NCBI GenBank assembly: GCA_024679065.1
Contig: JAGIQG010000011.1
Span: forward strand, 80,042,001 to 80,106,000
Reading direction: 5' to 3'
DNA: 64,000 bases
From: Sphyrna mokarran
Lineage: Eukaryota
Shown piece by piece: positions 1-13,634 of the stretch. A model generated the notes under the pieces. That model was not told the DNA's origin. It ran no database searches and saw nothing but the letters and a program-made list of their open reading frames with translations. Each line of letters opens with the position of its first letter. Within the stretch, counting starts at the first letter, position 1. A program made the position numbers and the translations under genes.

Positions 1-169
1 GGATTTTAGGTTGAAGAATAAAAAATAATTCCTCAAAGAAAAAATGAAGTTGAATCTCATTGCAACTGGTAGCTCAAAAGGGAATGTCCAAAGGTCTGAG
101 GTTTGAATCTTAACCTGAGCTTTAAATACGGAGACACCATTCCCCATGTTTACATTGTATAACGTTCAC

Positions 170-473
170 GGGTGGCACAGTGTTTAGCACTGTTGCTTCA
201 CAGCGCCAGGGGTCACAGGTTCAATTCCTGCCTTGGGTCACTATCTGTGCGGAGCTTGCACATTCTCCCTGTGTCTCTGTGGGTTTCCTCTGGATGCTCC
301 ACACTCCAAAGTTGTGCGGGTTAGGTGGATTGGCCATGCTAAATTGCTCCTTAGGATCTAGGAGAATTTACAGGGTAAATACATGGGGTTGCAGGGATGG
401 GGCCTGGGTGGGATTATTGTTGTTGCAGGCTCGATGGGTCGAATAGCCTCCTCCTGCAGTGTAGGGATTCTAT
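170..473 (+). mobile_element. HE1-type V-SINE, CR1-type tail
   Basis: tRNA head GGTGGCACAGTG..GGTTCAATTCC, V-domain GTGGAGTTTGCAC.TTCTCCC, tail GTAGGGATTCTAT. Confidence 0.92.
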
Positions 474-519
474 AAATACTATTCTTTTATTTATACATCA
501 TTCAGGCGTCTTTGCATTA

Positions 520-717
<198 letters not shown>

Positions 718-1141
718 TCAATCCCTTCACCTTGTTCAGATATCTCGGCCAGCTGGTGCGGTGGGGTCAAATAATCACAAGGTGGATAGTATTAAATTTA
801 ATTCTTATATGAACACAAGCTGCCAGATGTCTTCAAAGTTCATGGATGACATTCAGGATAGAATTTCAAAGCATGCCTCTATCCAGATCACAATAAACAA
901 AGACTCGCAAAACACAATGGCTTTTAATTTGACAATACAGTCCCCACCATTTATAATGGGAGTGTCACTGTCAACGATGATATTCTCCCCACGAGGGGGA
1001 CAGTTTTGTTTTCAATGCAATATGATGACCTTTATCCACTGTTGACTTGAATAGCCAATCTGTGATAAGCAATGTCTTTGCAATTGAATTCAATTGAAAT
1101 GGCAAATTATTTGGTATCAAAATAAGCAGTTGGCCTAACAA

Positions 1142-1458
1142 CACAGAATCCCAGTAGGGCAGAAAGAGGCCATTCAGCCCATCGAATCTGCACTGATTAC
1201 AACCCCACCCAGACCCTATCCTCACAACCCCGAGCATATACTCTAGCTAGTCCTCCTGACACTAGGGTTAATTTAGCATGGCCAATCCACCTAATCCGCA
1301 GATCTTTGGAGTGAGGGGGGTGGGGGTCGGGGGAGCAGAGCACCCAGAGGAAACCCAGGGAGAACATGCAAACTCCATACAGATGGTGACCCAAGCCGGG
1401 AATCAAACCCAGGTCCCTGGTGCTGTGAGGCAGTAGTGCTAACCACTGAGCCACCATA
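1142..1458 (-). mobile_element. HE1-type V-SINE
   Basis: Reverse complement of the same consensus. Confidence 0.92.
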
Positions 1459-1812
1459 CTTCCCTTTATGTAGGGCCTTTAATATAATAAAATAGCCCAA
1501 GCTGCCAACTTGCCTTTCAGCATAAGCAGAGTGAAATTAAAACATCAACTGGAGAGAATGCAAGGGAATTGAAGAAGTTCTCAAAATGGCAGGAAACAGA
1601 AAGATTAACACAATTCAGAGTATCATTACGAAAAGGAAACAAGGCTAGACTGACCATATTCTCAAGCCTGAGAACTTGCTGAAGGAAGGTTAGAGATTTG
1701 TAAATCAAGAAGGAGAAAGGGAATGATGATATTGGACAATTGAAAATTGGAGGTTTCTACGAGCAACTGAAGAGGAAAACACAAAAAGGCAAGGTGTTGG
1801 GAAACAAAAATG

Positions 1813-2120
1813 TAAAGTTTATTTATTAGTCACAAGTAGGTTTACATTCACACTGCAATAAAGTTACTGTGAAAATCCTCTACTTGCCGTACTCCAGTGC
1901 CTGTTCAGGTACACAGAGGGAGAATTTAACAAGGCCAATTCACCTAACCAGCCCAGTTTTGGAGCGCAGGAGGAATCTGAAGGACGCAGAGGAAACCCAC
2001 ACAGACACGGGGAGAATATGCAAACTCCACTCAGACAGTGACCAAGCTGGGAACTGAACTTAGATTCCTGGTGCTACGAGGCAGCAGTGCTAACCATGGT
2101 GCCATTATGCCACTCCCATG
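1813..2120 (-). mobile_element. V-SINE with alternative tail b (also 3083-3275, 18635-18872, 22425-22698, 30912-31198, 33522-33800, 34977-35228, 51535-51832, all -)
   Basis: Same head and V-domain but 3' end TTTTCACAGTAACTTCATTGCAGTGTTAATGTAAGCCTACTTGTGACTAATAAATAAAC. Confidence 0.9.
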
Positions 2121-3339
2121 CCATCATGTACTTTGGTACATTCCTACCATCATCAGAATTGAAGGAATGCCATGGAATTCATGGTGGCTGGTTTAAAGAG
2201 AGTGCAATCAAGATGAAAATGAGCAATTTTATGGGAAGAAGCCCATGAAAGCAAAACAAGCAAATAAAGTAATGCACATCATGGGTGCAACAAGAGGAAT
2301 GTATTACCTTACACTGAAGTCATGCTATAGCCTGACTTGGAAGTACTTGATATGAACACAGTGTAAAATGGTAAAGTGCTCCAAATTTCGGCAGTGATGA
2401 GCTTCATGTTGGCAAGTACACAAGCCCATCATAACCAGAAAGAGATGCTTTTGTTACACGTGAATCCGGTACTCTTGCATAAATCAGGGTGCCCAAAAGA
2501 TTAGAATATTGCTGCTTAACATTCGCATATCTGTAGCTAATGAAATCAACTGGAAAGCAGGCTCATTCTGGTCAAGTTCAAGATGGATTTTGCATTCAAG
2601 TAGGGAGAAGGAGTACGAGTGAAATCACTGAACTAGGCAGCTAAAAATAGCAAAGTGTTGAAATAAATTGGTGGCCATGGCAACAATTCAACTTGGATGT
2701 GATGAAACTTGCACACTGAATCTGTTGCACGGCAATAATTAAGCGATGCTTTGTTCAGTGCAAAAGTACTTTGTGTGGGTGGATCTTTTCAAAGCCGGTG
2801 AAGGTGGCTGTGTATTAAATTCACCCTGTTTGTGCTGTGGAGGCAGATTTAGAGAATTGACGGCAACACTCCAACAACATGAAGCCTGTACAATGCTTTT
2901 AAATCCATCACTCTGTGCCTTTGTCACAGTGCTGTGCTGAACAGGCACACTGCAAGCTCAGCCTGCCTGCAAATCAGAATGAGATGGTAGCACCACGAAC
3001 AAATAGCTTCCCATTTACTCTGCTCAAAGATACAGAGCAATACTGGTGTTCCAAAAACATGCATGTAGCTACATTCAAGAATAAAAGTTTATTTATTAGT
3101 ATCACACGTAGGCTTAGGTTAACATTGCAATGAAGTTACTCTGAAAATTCCCCTAGTCGCCACATTCCAGCCCTTGTTTGGATACACCGAGGGAGAATTT
3201 GGCATGGCCAATGCACCTAACCAGCATGTCTTTCGGATTGTGGGAGGAAACCGGAGCACTTGGAGGAAATCCAGATAGACAAGTGGCGCTGCCTCTGACG
3301 AGAGTATTGCAACAATCATTTACAAGGCATAAAGTGGGA

Positions 3340-3830
3340 GTGTGATGGGAAATTCTCCACTCATCTGGATGAGTGCGGCTCCAACAACAGTCACAAAGCT
3401 CAACCTCATCAGGATAAATCAGATTGCTCAATTAACACCCCATCTGCAGCTGACAGAGTGGCATCAATGTATACTCTGTACAAGATACACTATAGCAACT
3501 CACCAAGGATCCTTCAACAGCACCTTCCAAACCTGTGACACCTTCCTCCTGGGAGCGGAGAAGGCACCAGATACACCACTTGCAAGTTCCTCTCTCAAGC
3601 CATACACTATCCTGACTTGGAAATATATTACCGTTGCTTCACTGTCTCTGGGTCAAAATCCTGGCACTCCCTTCCTAACTGTGGTTAGGCACTGTGGTTG
3701 TATCTACACCACATGGACTGCAGCAGTTCTAGAAGGTTTCTTACCCTCGCGCTCTCAAGAGCAATTCGGAATGGGTCATAAATGCTGGCTTAGCATTGAC
3801 ATCCATATTCCATGAATGAATAAATAAAAA
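3340..3830 (+). mobile_element. CR1/L2-group LINE 3' end, second family (also 10265-10710 +, 40785-41250 +, 53755-54255 -)
   Basis: WMSAAPTTLKKLDTIQDKA...GSKSWNSLP motif; tail GGGCAATAAATGCTGG..CATCCCATGAATGAATAAA. Confidence 0.8.
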
Positions 3831-3869
3831 CAAAGTAGCACCTTTAACGTATTAATATTCTGTGGGACT

Positions 3870-4345
3870 TGCAAACAATACCTGTCAGCTTGATCAAAAA
3901 GTTAGATTTTCAAGAAATATCTTATGTAACAAAAGTAAGGTACGGAGGCAGAGATATGTGGAAGGACATGCTAAAGCAAAGGGCCTAGGCAACTTAAGAC
4001 ACGGCCACCAATGGTGGAGCAAATTGAGGATGTTCAAGAGGCTAGAATTAGATGTTGCAGACAGCTTGGAGAGTTTGAGGGCTGGAGGAGATTACAGAGA
4101 GAGCAAGGGGTGAAGCCACTTGGGTATCTGAAAACAAGAATGCAAATTTTATAACAAAGTCAATGTTTGACCAGGGGTCACTGTAGGTCAGCATGCACAG
4201 GATTTGGGTGAGAGTTGAGACTAAGCAACAATGTTTTGTTCAAATTTACAGACAGCAGAATGTGGTTGACCAGTGTGGAGTGCTTTAGAATAGTTGAGTC
4301 TATAGATAATAATGAGTTTCACTGTCAGATCAGCCAAGGCAGGAG
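3870..4345 (-). mobile_element. L2 LINE 3' fragment
   Basis: Minus translation PVHADLQ*PLVKH*LCYKICILVFR resembles L2 PVLADLHWLPV..RI.FKILILVFK. Confidence 0.7.
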
Positions 4346-4761
4346 AGAGTCCCTGGATGCAATTTTACCACTTTGCCTGCCCTAATTTTGAGGTTTGCAG
4401 AACGGAGTTCTCCATTGTCCTCAAATGGGATTTTACGAGCATTGCCCAAGCAAGGTTGTAAAATCCCGGCCCCCATCTCTGTTATTTTGTATTATTAAAT
4501 CCGGAACAAATTAAGCTTTGGATTGCTGGTATCAAGTGTTCCCATTCTTTGTGCAATGTATCAAAAGCTTGAACGTTCAAACAAATGTCCATAAACAAAT
4601 GACAGAAGGCCGGAGCTGGGAAATATATCACTTGGGCTTCATGACACAAATAACGCAGACTGAGACAGCAACAATTTGTTATCAATAATAGATTTCAGCA
4701 TCTTTCATCCAGTTAGGAAGCATTTGGAAGCAAAGCTCCCACTAAAAAATTACAAACTCAC

Positions 4762-4861
4762 GTTGTACTTAGCAGCCATCTCCCGCCCTTGTTCACTTGT
4801 GACTTTTCGCAAGTGCATCAGATCAACCTTATTGGCCACCAGTATCATGGGGAAAGAGTCT
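4762..4861 (-). CDS. MRAS: MRAS coding exon 3 (NKVD motif)
   Basis: Hand translation: (R)[33 protein letters not shown]. 100 nt; acceptor TTGCAG, donor AAC|GTGAGT. Confidence 0.98.
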
Positions 4862-5559
4862 CTGCAATAAAATAAATAGGAACACAGATTAACTGGAGGC
4901 ATTATATGCTTGACAACGCTCAGAGAGAAAGGTCATTGAAACTAATTGACTTTCTTCCATTCAACACACATAAAGTACCATGTTGTCAATAAAGAGTAAC
5001 CTTTGCATTTATAGAGCCTGTTCCGCATGAAAATATCTGGAAAGCGTTTTGCAAAATGAAAAAGGTATATGAAACACCAACTCTTGCGTCAGCATTAATC
5101 AATCAAGGATCGCAATCCATCGATAAGACTGGTTCTGCATTTCCTCCAAACAATAGCTTTATTCATCACTTGTAGTGTTACTGAGACATGCAGACCAGTA
5201 GGTTGTTCAAAGGTGAACCAGTTGAGTGGGGTGCTATCTTTGGCGATGCCAATTTTTATTTGCAAAGGTGAAACTCAATGCTGATTCCCCTGTTTTTAGC
5301 AATCCAAGCTGGAGGTTGTGCCTTTGGAAAAACACCACCCTCAACTGGCCCATAAATCTTTCCCTTCCATTCTCACGCCATCAGCTAAAATACAATGAGA
5401 TACCAGATGCCACCCTTGTAACCACAATTAGCAGGAACCACAATCGAAGAGGAGAGAATGAATACAAGGAGATAATCAGAAAGGAAGAAATGTTTGCAGA
5501 TCACTTGGAGGTTTGAAGGACTTGTTCCTGTAATGTACTGTTCTTTGTTCTTAAACATA

Positions 5560-6330
5560 CATAGAAAATAGAAGCAGAAGTAGGTTATTTGGTCCTTTGT
5601 GCCTGTTCAGCCATTCATAAGAGCATACCCAGATCCCACCTTTTCCCCTTGATCCCTACAGCCCCAATAGCTATTTCTAATTTCTTCTCAAAATCGCACA
5701 ACATTTTAGCCTCAACTACTTTCTATGGTAATGAATTCAGCACTCACTGGGCAAAGGAATTTTTCTCTTCTTCATCCTAAAGGTTTATCTAATCTTCAAA
5801 CTACGACCCCCAGTTCTGGATTCCTCCACCATTGAGAACATTTTTTTCTGAATCTACCCTGTCTAATTCTGATAGAATTTTGTAAGTTTCTACGAGATCT
5901 CCTCTGACCTTTCTAAATTCCAGTGAATGTAATCCTAACTCACTTAATCTTTCCTCAGATGACAGGCCTGCCATCATGGGAATCAGCCTGGTAAATCTTT
6001 GCTGTTCTCCCTCTATAGCAAGGACATTCTTCCTCTGGTAAGGACACCAAAGCGGCGCACAGTATTCCAGGTGTGGTTTCACCAACATCCCATACAATTG
6101 CAGTAAAACATCCTTACTCATATACTCAAATCCTATGAAGGCCAACATACCATTTGCCTTTTTTACTTTCTGCTGTACCTGCACACTTACTTTCAGCGAC
6201 TGATGCACGAGGATACCAAGGTTTTGCTGAATTTCCACTTCCCACAATTTACAGCCTTTTTTATAACAATCACCCTTCCTATTTTTGTGACTGAGGTGAA
6301 TAACCTCATATTATCCATTTTATACTGCAT
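5560..6330 (-). mobile_element. CR1 (HER1-like) LINE 3' fragment
   Basis: ORF 5801-6247: LGILVHQSLKVS..VKKANGMLAFI..LVKPHLEYC..QRFTRLIP. Confidence 0.92.
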
Positions 6331-7377
6331 CAGGTCATACATCTTCACATGAAAATACAGAGTTGGATAAATGTAGATAAAACAAAATGGTCCTTTCTAT
6401 TTAGGATCACTGACCTGTGAACAAGATATTGAAGTTTTTAGACCATTTACTTTGCTTAAAGCTGCTGTGAATACCAGTTTAAAATTCTCTTTTAATCAGA
6501 GACCACAGGCAAAATTGAACACCATTTCCAATTAAACAGCTAAGAATCATTTTCTACTTTCCATTTGCTTTACAGACCAAATCCAAGGAATATACTGAGC
6601 TTCAGTTTCACTGCGTTCACGGTCACGGATTTACCTTGTGAAATACTGCCTCCAAAGCAGTGTATTTACAAGGAGAACTGATGACATTGCTGCGAGAATG
6701 TAAGATCTTCAGCAAGACAAATGATGTACGGGTCAAGTGGATCGGCCATGCTAAATTGTCCTTTAGTGTCAGGGGCACTAGCTAGTGTAAATATATGGGG
6801 TTATGGGGATAAATGGGATTATGGTCTATGCAGATTCGATGGGCTGAATGGCCTCCTTCTGCACTATAGGGATTCTGTGAACTCCTGAGTCTTCAAAGCA
6901 ATTTTGGCAGTTTGTTGTGAAATCACGTTGCAGACGGGCAGGCAGAGTTTGGTGTCGGCATTGCCTGCTTTCAACCAAGTGTTCCGTGGCTGGGGTCGTC
7001 AGTGGGAAATAAACCAAGCCTCATGGACTTGCAACATCATCGAAAAGAAACTGATCAGCAGCCTTAATGCACCCTTTGTTTTTGTTGAAAATTTCATTTG
7101 ATATTCCTGCCCTCAATTATTTCCAAATGGAATTTCTACAGCACAGGCTCTCAAATTCACTCTGCTCCAGGGCTTCTTGATATCCCCATTTCTCTAACCT
7201 CTTCCCGGGAACCAACTAATTCAAGATGCTGTTCTCACCTTTCTTGATACATAATCCTGGACAATGGGTGTTGTTTACTTGACCATTTGGAATACCATAA
7301 CCATGTTAAGTCTATTCTGATTTGAACGCAAGGTCTTAGCTGTGTTCACTTGATTTGAATACTCTCCTTGGTTGCTA

Positions 7378-7548
7378 GGTCTAGAACTAGGAGATCAGGA
7401 TCTCAGGATGAGAGTCGAGAGTCAAGGATCATTGTCTCAGAGTAAGGGTCTAGAGAAAGAAGTCATGGCCTCAGGTTAAAGGTCTAAAGCCAGGGGTCAT
7501 TGTCTCTGGGTAAGGGTTTGGAGCCAGGGGTCAAGGTCTCAGGATAGG
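7378..7548 (+). repeat. Minisatellite, 5 x ~34 bp, derived from a CR1 segment
   Basis: Units like GGTCTAAAGCCAGGGGTCATTGTCTCTGGGTAAG, followed by normal CR1 3' sequence. Confidence 0.75.
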
Positions 7549-8774
7549 GGATTAGCCATTAGGGTGAAGGGGAGTGGTTTCTTCACTCTAAGGGTTGTGA
7601 ATCTTTGGCAATCCTGTACTCCAGAAATCAGAGGATGATTGGTTTTTGAGTACACAGGACAGAGATTTTGGACTTTTAAGAGAATCAAATAAAATGGTGA
7701 TACAGCAGGAGAGTGAAGCTGAGGTAGAACAGCAGCCTGTTCTATGAACCATAGAAATGGCAGAAGGAGGCCATTAGCCCCATCTTGTTCATGCCAGCCC
7801 AAGGTGGCCCAGGTGCCCTTTCTAATCCCATCTTCCTGCACCTGGTCAATAGCCCTGCAGTTTATAACACTTAAGGTGCAGATCCAGGTATTTAAAAAAA
7901 AGAGTTTAATGTCTCTGCCTCCACCACCAACTTGGATAGTGCATTCCAGACACCCAGAATCTTTTGTGTAAAATGTTCTTCCTGAAGTCCCTCGAGAAAC
8001 CACACAGTCTAATCCTGCTCCTATTTCTAGTTTTGTTAAACTATTCCGTGGAAAGTGGAACTTGAATGCAATGACTAATTGCTGTGCAGCTGACATCAGC
8101 ATAGATGTCCATTTACCCATCGGACAAACAGGTTCTGGGGAGATGTAACACTGATGTGGAGATGCCAGCATTGGACTGGGGTAAACTGATGTAACATTGC
8201 CAGAACAATTATACTTGCATTCATATAGAGCCTTTCACAACTTCCTGATGTCTCAATGTTCTTGACTGCCAATAAAATACACCTGAAATAAGAACACTGC
8301 TGTAATATAGGAAATGAGGCAGCAAGCATTTGCACAGCAACTGCTCACAGCAATGACTACTGTGACATAGTGAAAACTATTTTTTCCTTGCACGTTATAC
8401 AGACAAAATATAGAGAAGGAAAGGAGAGTATGCAGAATGTAGTGTTACAGTGACAGCTAGGGTGTAGAGAAAGAGCAACTTAATATACGGTAGGTCCACT
8501 CAAAAGTCTGACGGCAGCAGAGAAGAAATTGTTTTTGAGTCAGTAGATACGTGACCTCAATTCTGTATTGTTTTCCTGACGGAAGAAGGTGGAAGGAAGT
8601 ATGTCCAGGGTGCGTGGGGTCCTTAATTATGCTGGCTGCTTTGCTGAAGCAGCGGGGAGTGTACGCGGAATCAGGGATGTGTTGCAGTGAAGTTGGTTGA
8701 GGATCATGACATTAGGAAAACTCTCCTGCTCTTCTTCAAATAGATATTTTATGTTTATCTGACAAGGTGGACAG

Positions 8775-9059
8775 TGGCATGGTGGCACAGTGATTAGCAA
8801 TGTTGTCTCACAGCTCAGATTCGATTGCCGGCATGGGTCATTGTTTATGTGGAGTTTGCACATTCTTCCCGTGTCTGCGTGGAATTCCTCCAGATGCTCT
8901 GGTTTCCTCCCACAGTTCAAAGATGTGCGGGTTAAGTGGATTGGCCATGCTAAATTGCCCTTTAGTGTCAAGGGAATAGGGCCTGATGGGGGGGGGATTG
9001 TGGCCAATGCAGACTCGATGGGCCGAATGGTTTCCTCCTGTACTGTAGGATTCTATGAC
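8775..9059 (+). mobile_element. HE1-type V-SINE nested in a DeuSINE
   Basis: Full head, V-domain and tail. Confidence 0.9.
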
Positions 9060-10103
9060 ATCAGTTTAACACATCAGCACTGCTGATTGTGCAGCACCCC
9101 TTCAAAGTTAAGTGTTTAAATCTCTGGAACGAGGTGCAGACCTTCCAATTCAAAAGGCAGAAGAAACTGGAACCAGGATTGTCACTTAATTCCATTTATG
9201 GGCAGGCCACATTTCTCAAGCTAAAAATTCTAAAGAGATTTTCTGGCACATCACTGAAAGAGCTAATTTTAGCGACATAAATAACAACCTTGTTGAAATT
9301 TGACTGCGATGCTTGTCAAAACTTGCTGACGGGTAGAGAGAGACTGATGTAAGGTGTTATAAATGTTATACATGAATATACAGGGTCAACAGAAAGCAGG
9401 CTTGTGCAGTTGCAGGTTTCTGAGTAGGCAGAAAGGTCAGGCATTTGCAAGGGATTGAAATTAAGTGAGAAGGTGAACCCAAATCCTGTAAAAATTTCTG
9501 AAACCCAAAGCTGATTTTAGTCAGGAGAACGGTTTGAAAATAAATTTCACCTTGGAAACAAATGTGGGCAAGAACAGAAGACAAGTACATTAAATCTACA
9601 CACATTGAAGTATTTGAGACCCTGAGATCCTGATAATTGATGACCAGACTTGCCCAATTGTCTTGCTCACGGTTTGGCCAGGGGCTAAGAAATGGCCAGT
9701 GCGATGCCTCAGGATCAGTCTCTCTCTACCTGTCAGCAAGTTTTGACAAGTGCCGCAGTCAAGTATCAATAAGGTTGTTTTTTTTATGTTGCTAAAATTA
9801 GCTCTTTCAGCGATGTGCTAGAAAATCTCTCTAAAATTTTTAAACTCGAGAAATGTGGCCTGCCCATAAACGGAATCAAATGCAACCTTGAGTCCAGTCT
9901 CTTCTGGCTTTGAATTGGAAGGTTATGGATTTGCACCCCATTCCAGAGACTTGAACACTTAATCTTGAGGGGGATGCTGCAGAGTCAGCAATGCTGATTT
10001 TAGATGAGTGTTAAACTGGGGTCATACAATCCTACAGTTTAGAAAGAGGCCAATCGACCCATCGAGTCTGCGCTGACCACAATCCTACCTAGGCCCTATT
10101 CCC
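8972..10103. repeat. Diverged inverted duplication, arms ~8972-9348 and ~9714-10103
   Basis: For example CTTGTCAAAACTTGCTGACGGGTAGAGAGAGACTGAT versus ATCAGTCTCTCTCTACCTGTCAGCAAGTTTTGACAAG; colinear over the whole arm. Confidence 0.9.
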
Positions 10104-11229
10104 ATGCATTTAATAGTAAACAAGAGCTAATCAAGGCATATCCTTTCGATGACTGAGGTTTTTCTGGGCTGAAGCCACACTAAAAGGATACTTCTAACTC
10201 CTACAGAAACCATCTACCAATGATTCCAACTGTTTGAGAGAACTGACACATGTTTCATCTGCTCAGAGATTCCATACATGGGATCATTCAGGACCAAGCA
10301 ACCCGCTTGATTGGCACCATGTCTACAAACACCCACTCCCTCCACCAGCGATGCTCAATAGCAGCAGTGTGTACTATCTACAAGATGCACTACAGCAAAT
10401 CACCGAAGACCCTTCGGCAGCATCTTCCAAACACACAATCACTTCCATCTAGAACGACAAGGGATGCAGATACATGGGGACACTATCACCTGCAAATTCC
10501 CCTCCAAGTCACTCACTATCCTGACTTGGAAATATATCACTGTTCCTTCACAGTCACTGGGTCAAAATCGTGGAATTGCCTCCCTAATAGCAATGTAGTT
10601 CAACCCACAGAACATGGGCAGCAATTCAAGGTGGCAGCTCATCACCTCTTTCTCAAGAGCAATTAGGGATGAGCCAGTCAACCGCACCCATGTCCCACAA
10701 ATGAATAAAAAGATTCACATCAATGACTATGCAACAATATTAGAAGTTTCCAGGAAATAAAGAATATACAAAAGATGTTCAATACAACATCTTTTCAGTT
10801 CAGGACCAGTTCAATGAACTTCATATGTTCAGAATGCTAGATTCTAACAAGCTACCTCATTTTCTATTAGCATCTACTTAGTTTCAGCAAAAAAACTGAC
10901 CACTAACTTTAGATCTCAGTGAAAATATACAAATTGATGGGTGGGTGAGTGGAATCGGCTGCTGTCGGTGGTGGTGGAGACAAATTCATTAGGGCCTTTT
11001 AAGAGGCCTCTGGATGAGTACATGGGATTTAATAGGATTGAGGGTTATAGGTAAGCCTAGTAAATAGAGATAAGATCGATCCAACTTGGGGGCCGAAGGG
11101 CCTGTTTCTGCTGCAATTTTTCTACGATTCTAAACTGCTGATCGTTACCTAAATGAAAGTAAACCTGAAGATTTTTAGCATTTTGGAATTCAGCAAAGGA
11201 GGACCAAGGAACTGAAAAAGGAAATAGAG

Positions 11230-11780
11230 TAGGAAATGAACAAGAAACAAAAATGGCTGTAAAAGCTTCTCAGATGGAGACAAGCAGAGACAACAACATT
11301 TATAATGGGGAATAAGTAAATGGTAGAGTAACTAAATAAACGCTTTTGTGCCTGTCTTCACCGACAAAGATACAAAAGTCCTTCCGGGAATACGAGAAAG
11401 CCAAAGCAGTAGCAAGAATGAGGTACTGAAAGGAATTAATGAAGCAATACTTGAGAAATTAATGGGATCGAAAGTTGATAAATCTCCTGAACTTGATGAT
11501 ATACAACTCAGAGTGTTGAAAGAGTTAGAGATGGTGGATGCGCTGGTGGTCATCTTCCAAAATTCTGCAGATTCTGGAATGGTTCCTTCGTATAGGAAGA
11601 TAACAAGTGTAACTCCAGCATTTAAGGAAGGAGGGAGAGAGAAAATGGGGAATACAGACTTATTAGTCTGACATCAAGAATAGGGAAAATGCTGGACTCT
11701 ATTATAAAGGACGTGATAACTGAAAATAATGATAGGATTGGGCAGAGTCAATATAAATTTATGGAAGAGTTATCATGTAT
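11230..11780 (+). mobile_element. CR1 LINE fragment (RT N-terminal region)
   Basis: VDKSPELDDIQLRVLKE..EMVDALVVIFQNSADSGMVP..VTPAFKEGGREK. Confidence 0.9.
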
Positions 11781-12894
11781 GTTGCTAGGACAAAGGATTA
11801 AAATATGTTCATATTAATAATAGATGAAAACACTTGAAATGTATTATAACATCATTGCCTGCTGTCTAACATGGAGGGCATGAGACCATTTTAAAATCAG
11901 ATTAACAACTGCATTAAAAAAGTTGGCAAAAGAATGTCAGCAAAGCATGGACATGTTTAGCTCTTGATTTCAACATTGCTCTCAAGTTTATAATCCTCCA
12001 AGATAAAGTCTCTATAGTCCCAGATGACTATAGGCCTCCTTTGAGGAGAAGAGTTGACTGGTGATGATTTTAACCTGAGGATCACCATACCTTAGGCAAA
12101 GGGGGCCGAGAAGCCAGGGCCTTCATGAATAACCTCACTTGGTACAGGAATGGAACCTGTGCTGTTGGCATTGCTCTGCATCACTAACCAGCTGTTCAGT
12201 CAACTGAAAAGAAACCCAACTCCAAAACTGCTTCCAAAAGGAAGCAAATGATAAAAAAAATTCCTGCAGTTTCTGACTAATTGTACATCAATGGAACCCA
12301 TGGCTTCGAGTTGAACATGGCTTATATTGTTGGAGACAGACCCGAACCAGGAAATTCGGAAAACCATAACTCCTGGTTTCCAGAGAAACTAAGACCCCAA
12401 AACTGAGATTGGAAAACAGCTGAAACTGTTTGAAACCAGATTAAAAAGTTCACAGCCTTCCGAGCTCAGATGATGATCCCATTGAAGAGTGCAGAGGCTG
12501 GATATCAGAGCTGGGGAGTGGCAAATGTATTGCAGGTGCAATTGTTTCTGTTCTTGGATCAGCCATGATCTTCCTAAATGATGGAAGCAGCCCCAGCATA
12601 ACCAAGGACCCCATGCACCACGGACATACTCTCACCTTCTTCCGTCTGGAAAAAGATACACAAGTTTGGGGACACATACCAACCGAATCAAGAACAGCTT
12701 GTTCCCTGCTGCCATCACTTTTGAGCGGACCTATCATAGGTTAAGCTGAATTGTCTCTACACCCTAGCTATGACTGTAACACTACATCCTGCACCTTCTC
12801 CCTTCCTTTTCTATTTATGGTATGCTTTGTTTGTATAGTGCGCAAGAAACGATACTTTTCACTGTATCCCGATACAATAATAAATCAAATCCAA

Positions 12895-13196
12895 TTACTT
12901 GGGGACACGGATTTAAGGTGCAAGGGACAAAGTGTAAAGGAGATATACAAGGCACATTTTTTTTTTTTTTTTTTACGCAGAGTAGTGGGTACCTGGAACT
13001 CGTTGCCGGGGGAGGTAGTAGAGGCAGATACAGTAGTGACTTTTAAAGGAGCACCTTAACAAGTACATGAATAGGATGGGAATCGAGGGATATGGTCCCC
13101 AGAAGGGTAGTGGGTTTCGGTTAAGTCGGACAGCGTGGTCAGCACAGGCTTGGAGGGACAATGGGCCTGTTTCTGTGCTGTAATTTTCTTTGTTCA
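12895..13196 (+). mobile_element. CR1 3' end (similar pieces ~7750-7990, 10935-11130, 21030-21460, 23870-24450, 34165-34300, 39520-39710, 44915-45145)
   Basis: GHGFKV..FFTQRVVG.WNSLPGEVVEA..FK C-terminus plus GGGCCTGTTTCTGTGCTGTA tail. Confidence 0.85.
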
Positions 13197-13329
13197 ATGC
13201 AAGGGGCTGAAACTCCTGCTCCTACTTCTGATCTCTATTGGTGTACTTGGAATGCATGTCTAACATCTTCCTGAATTTTAAACTGATTAGTTTTTTCCTT
13301 TAAAGTGGATGGGTTAACACCTTTATAAT

Positions 13330-13520
13330 AAAGGCAAAACACTGTGGAGGCTGGAATTTGAAACAAAAACAGAAAATGCTGGATCTCACAGCATCTGTAG
13401 AATGAGAATATAGGCAATGTTGCTGGTCTGAATGACCCTTCATCAAACTCTGCTCTGACACAGGGTCATCCAGATTCAAAATGTTGGTTCTAATCACTCC
13501 ACAGATGCTGTCAGGTCTGT
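13330..13520. mobile_element. Family-2 palindromic element (also ~18135-18293, 22725-22822, 47620-47712, 54437-54597)
   Basis: ACAGCATCTGT...ATGACCCTTCATCA / TGACACAGGGTCATCCAGA...ACAGATGCTGT fold-back; recurrent AAACAAAAACAGAAAATGCTGG end. Confidence 0.75.
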
Positions 13521-13634
13521 TAGGTTAACACCACTGTTGGAATGGTAAAGGAATATCAAGTTCCATCAGGCATTCAAATGCTAATGTTTCAAACCTTCGT
13601 TCCAAGTGAGGTGTTGGTTTTCAGGCAGTGTTGG

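Noticed and set aside
7378-7548. CRISPR-like ~34-bp periodicity
   Set aside because: Head-to-tail degenerate units without unique spacers, eukaryotic context, no cas genes.
7539-8171. 210-aa ORF
   Set aside because: Spans several unrelated TE fragments; no coherent domain.
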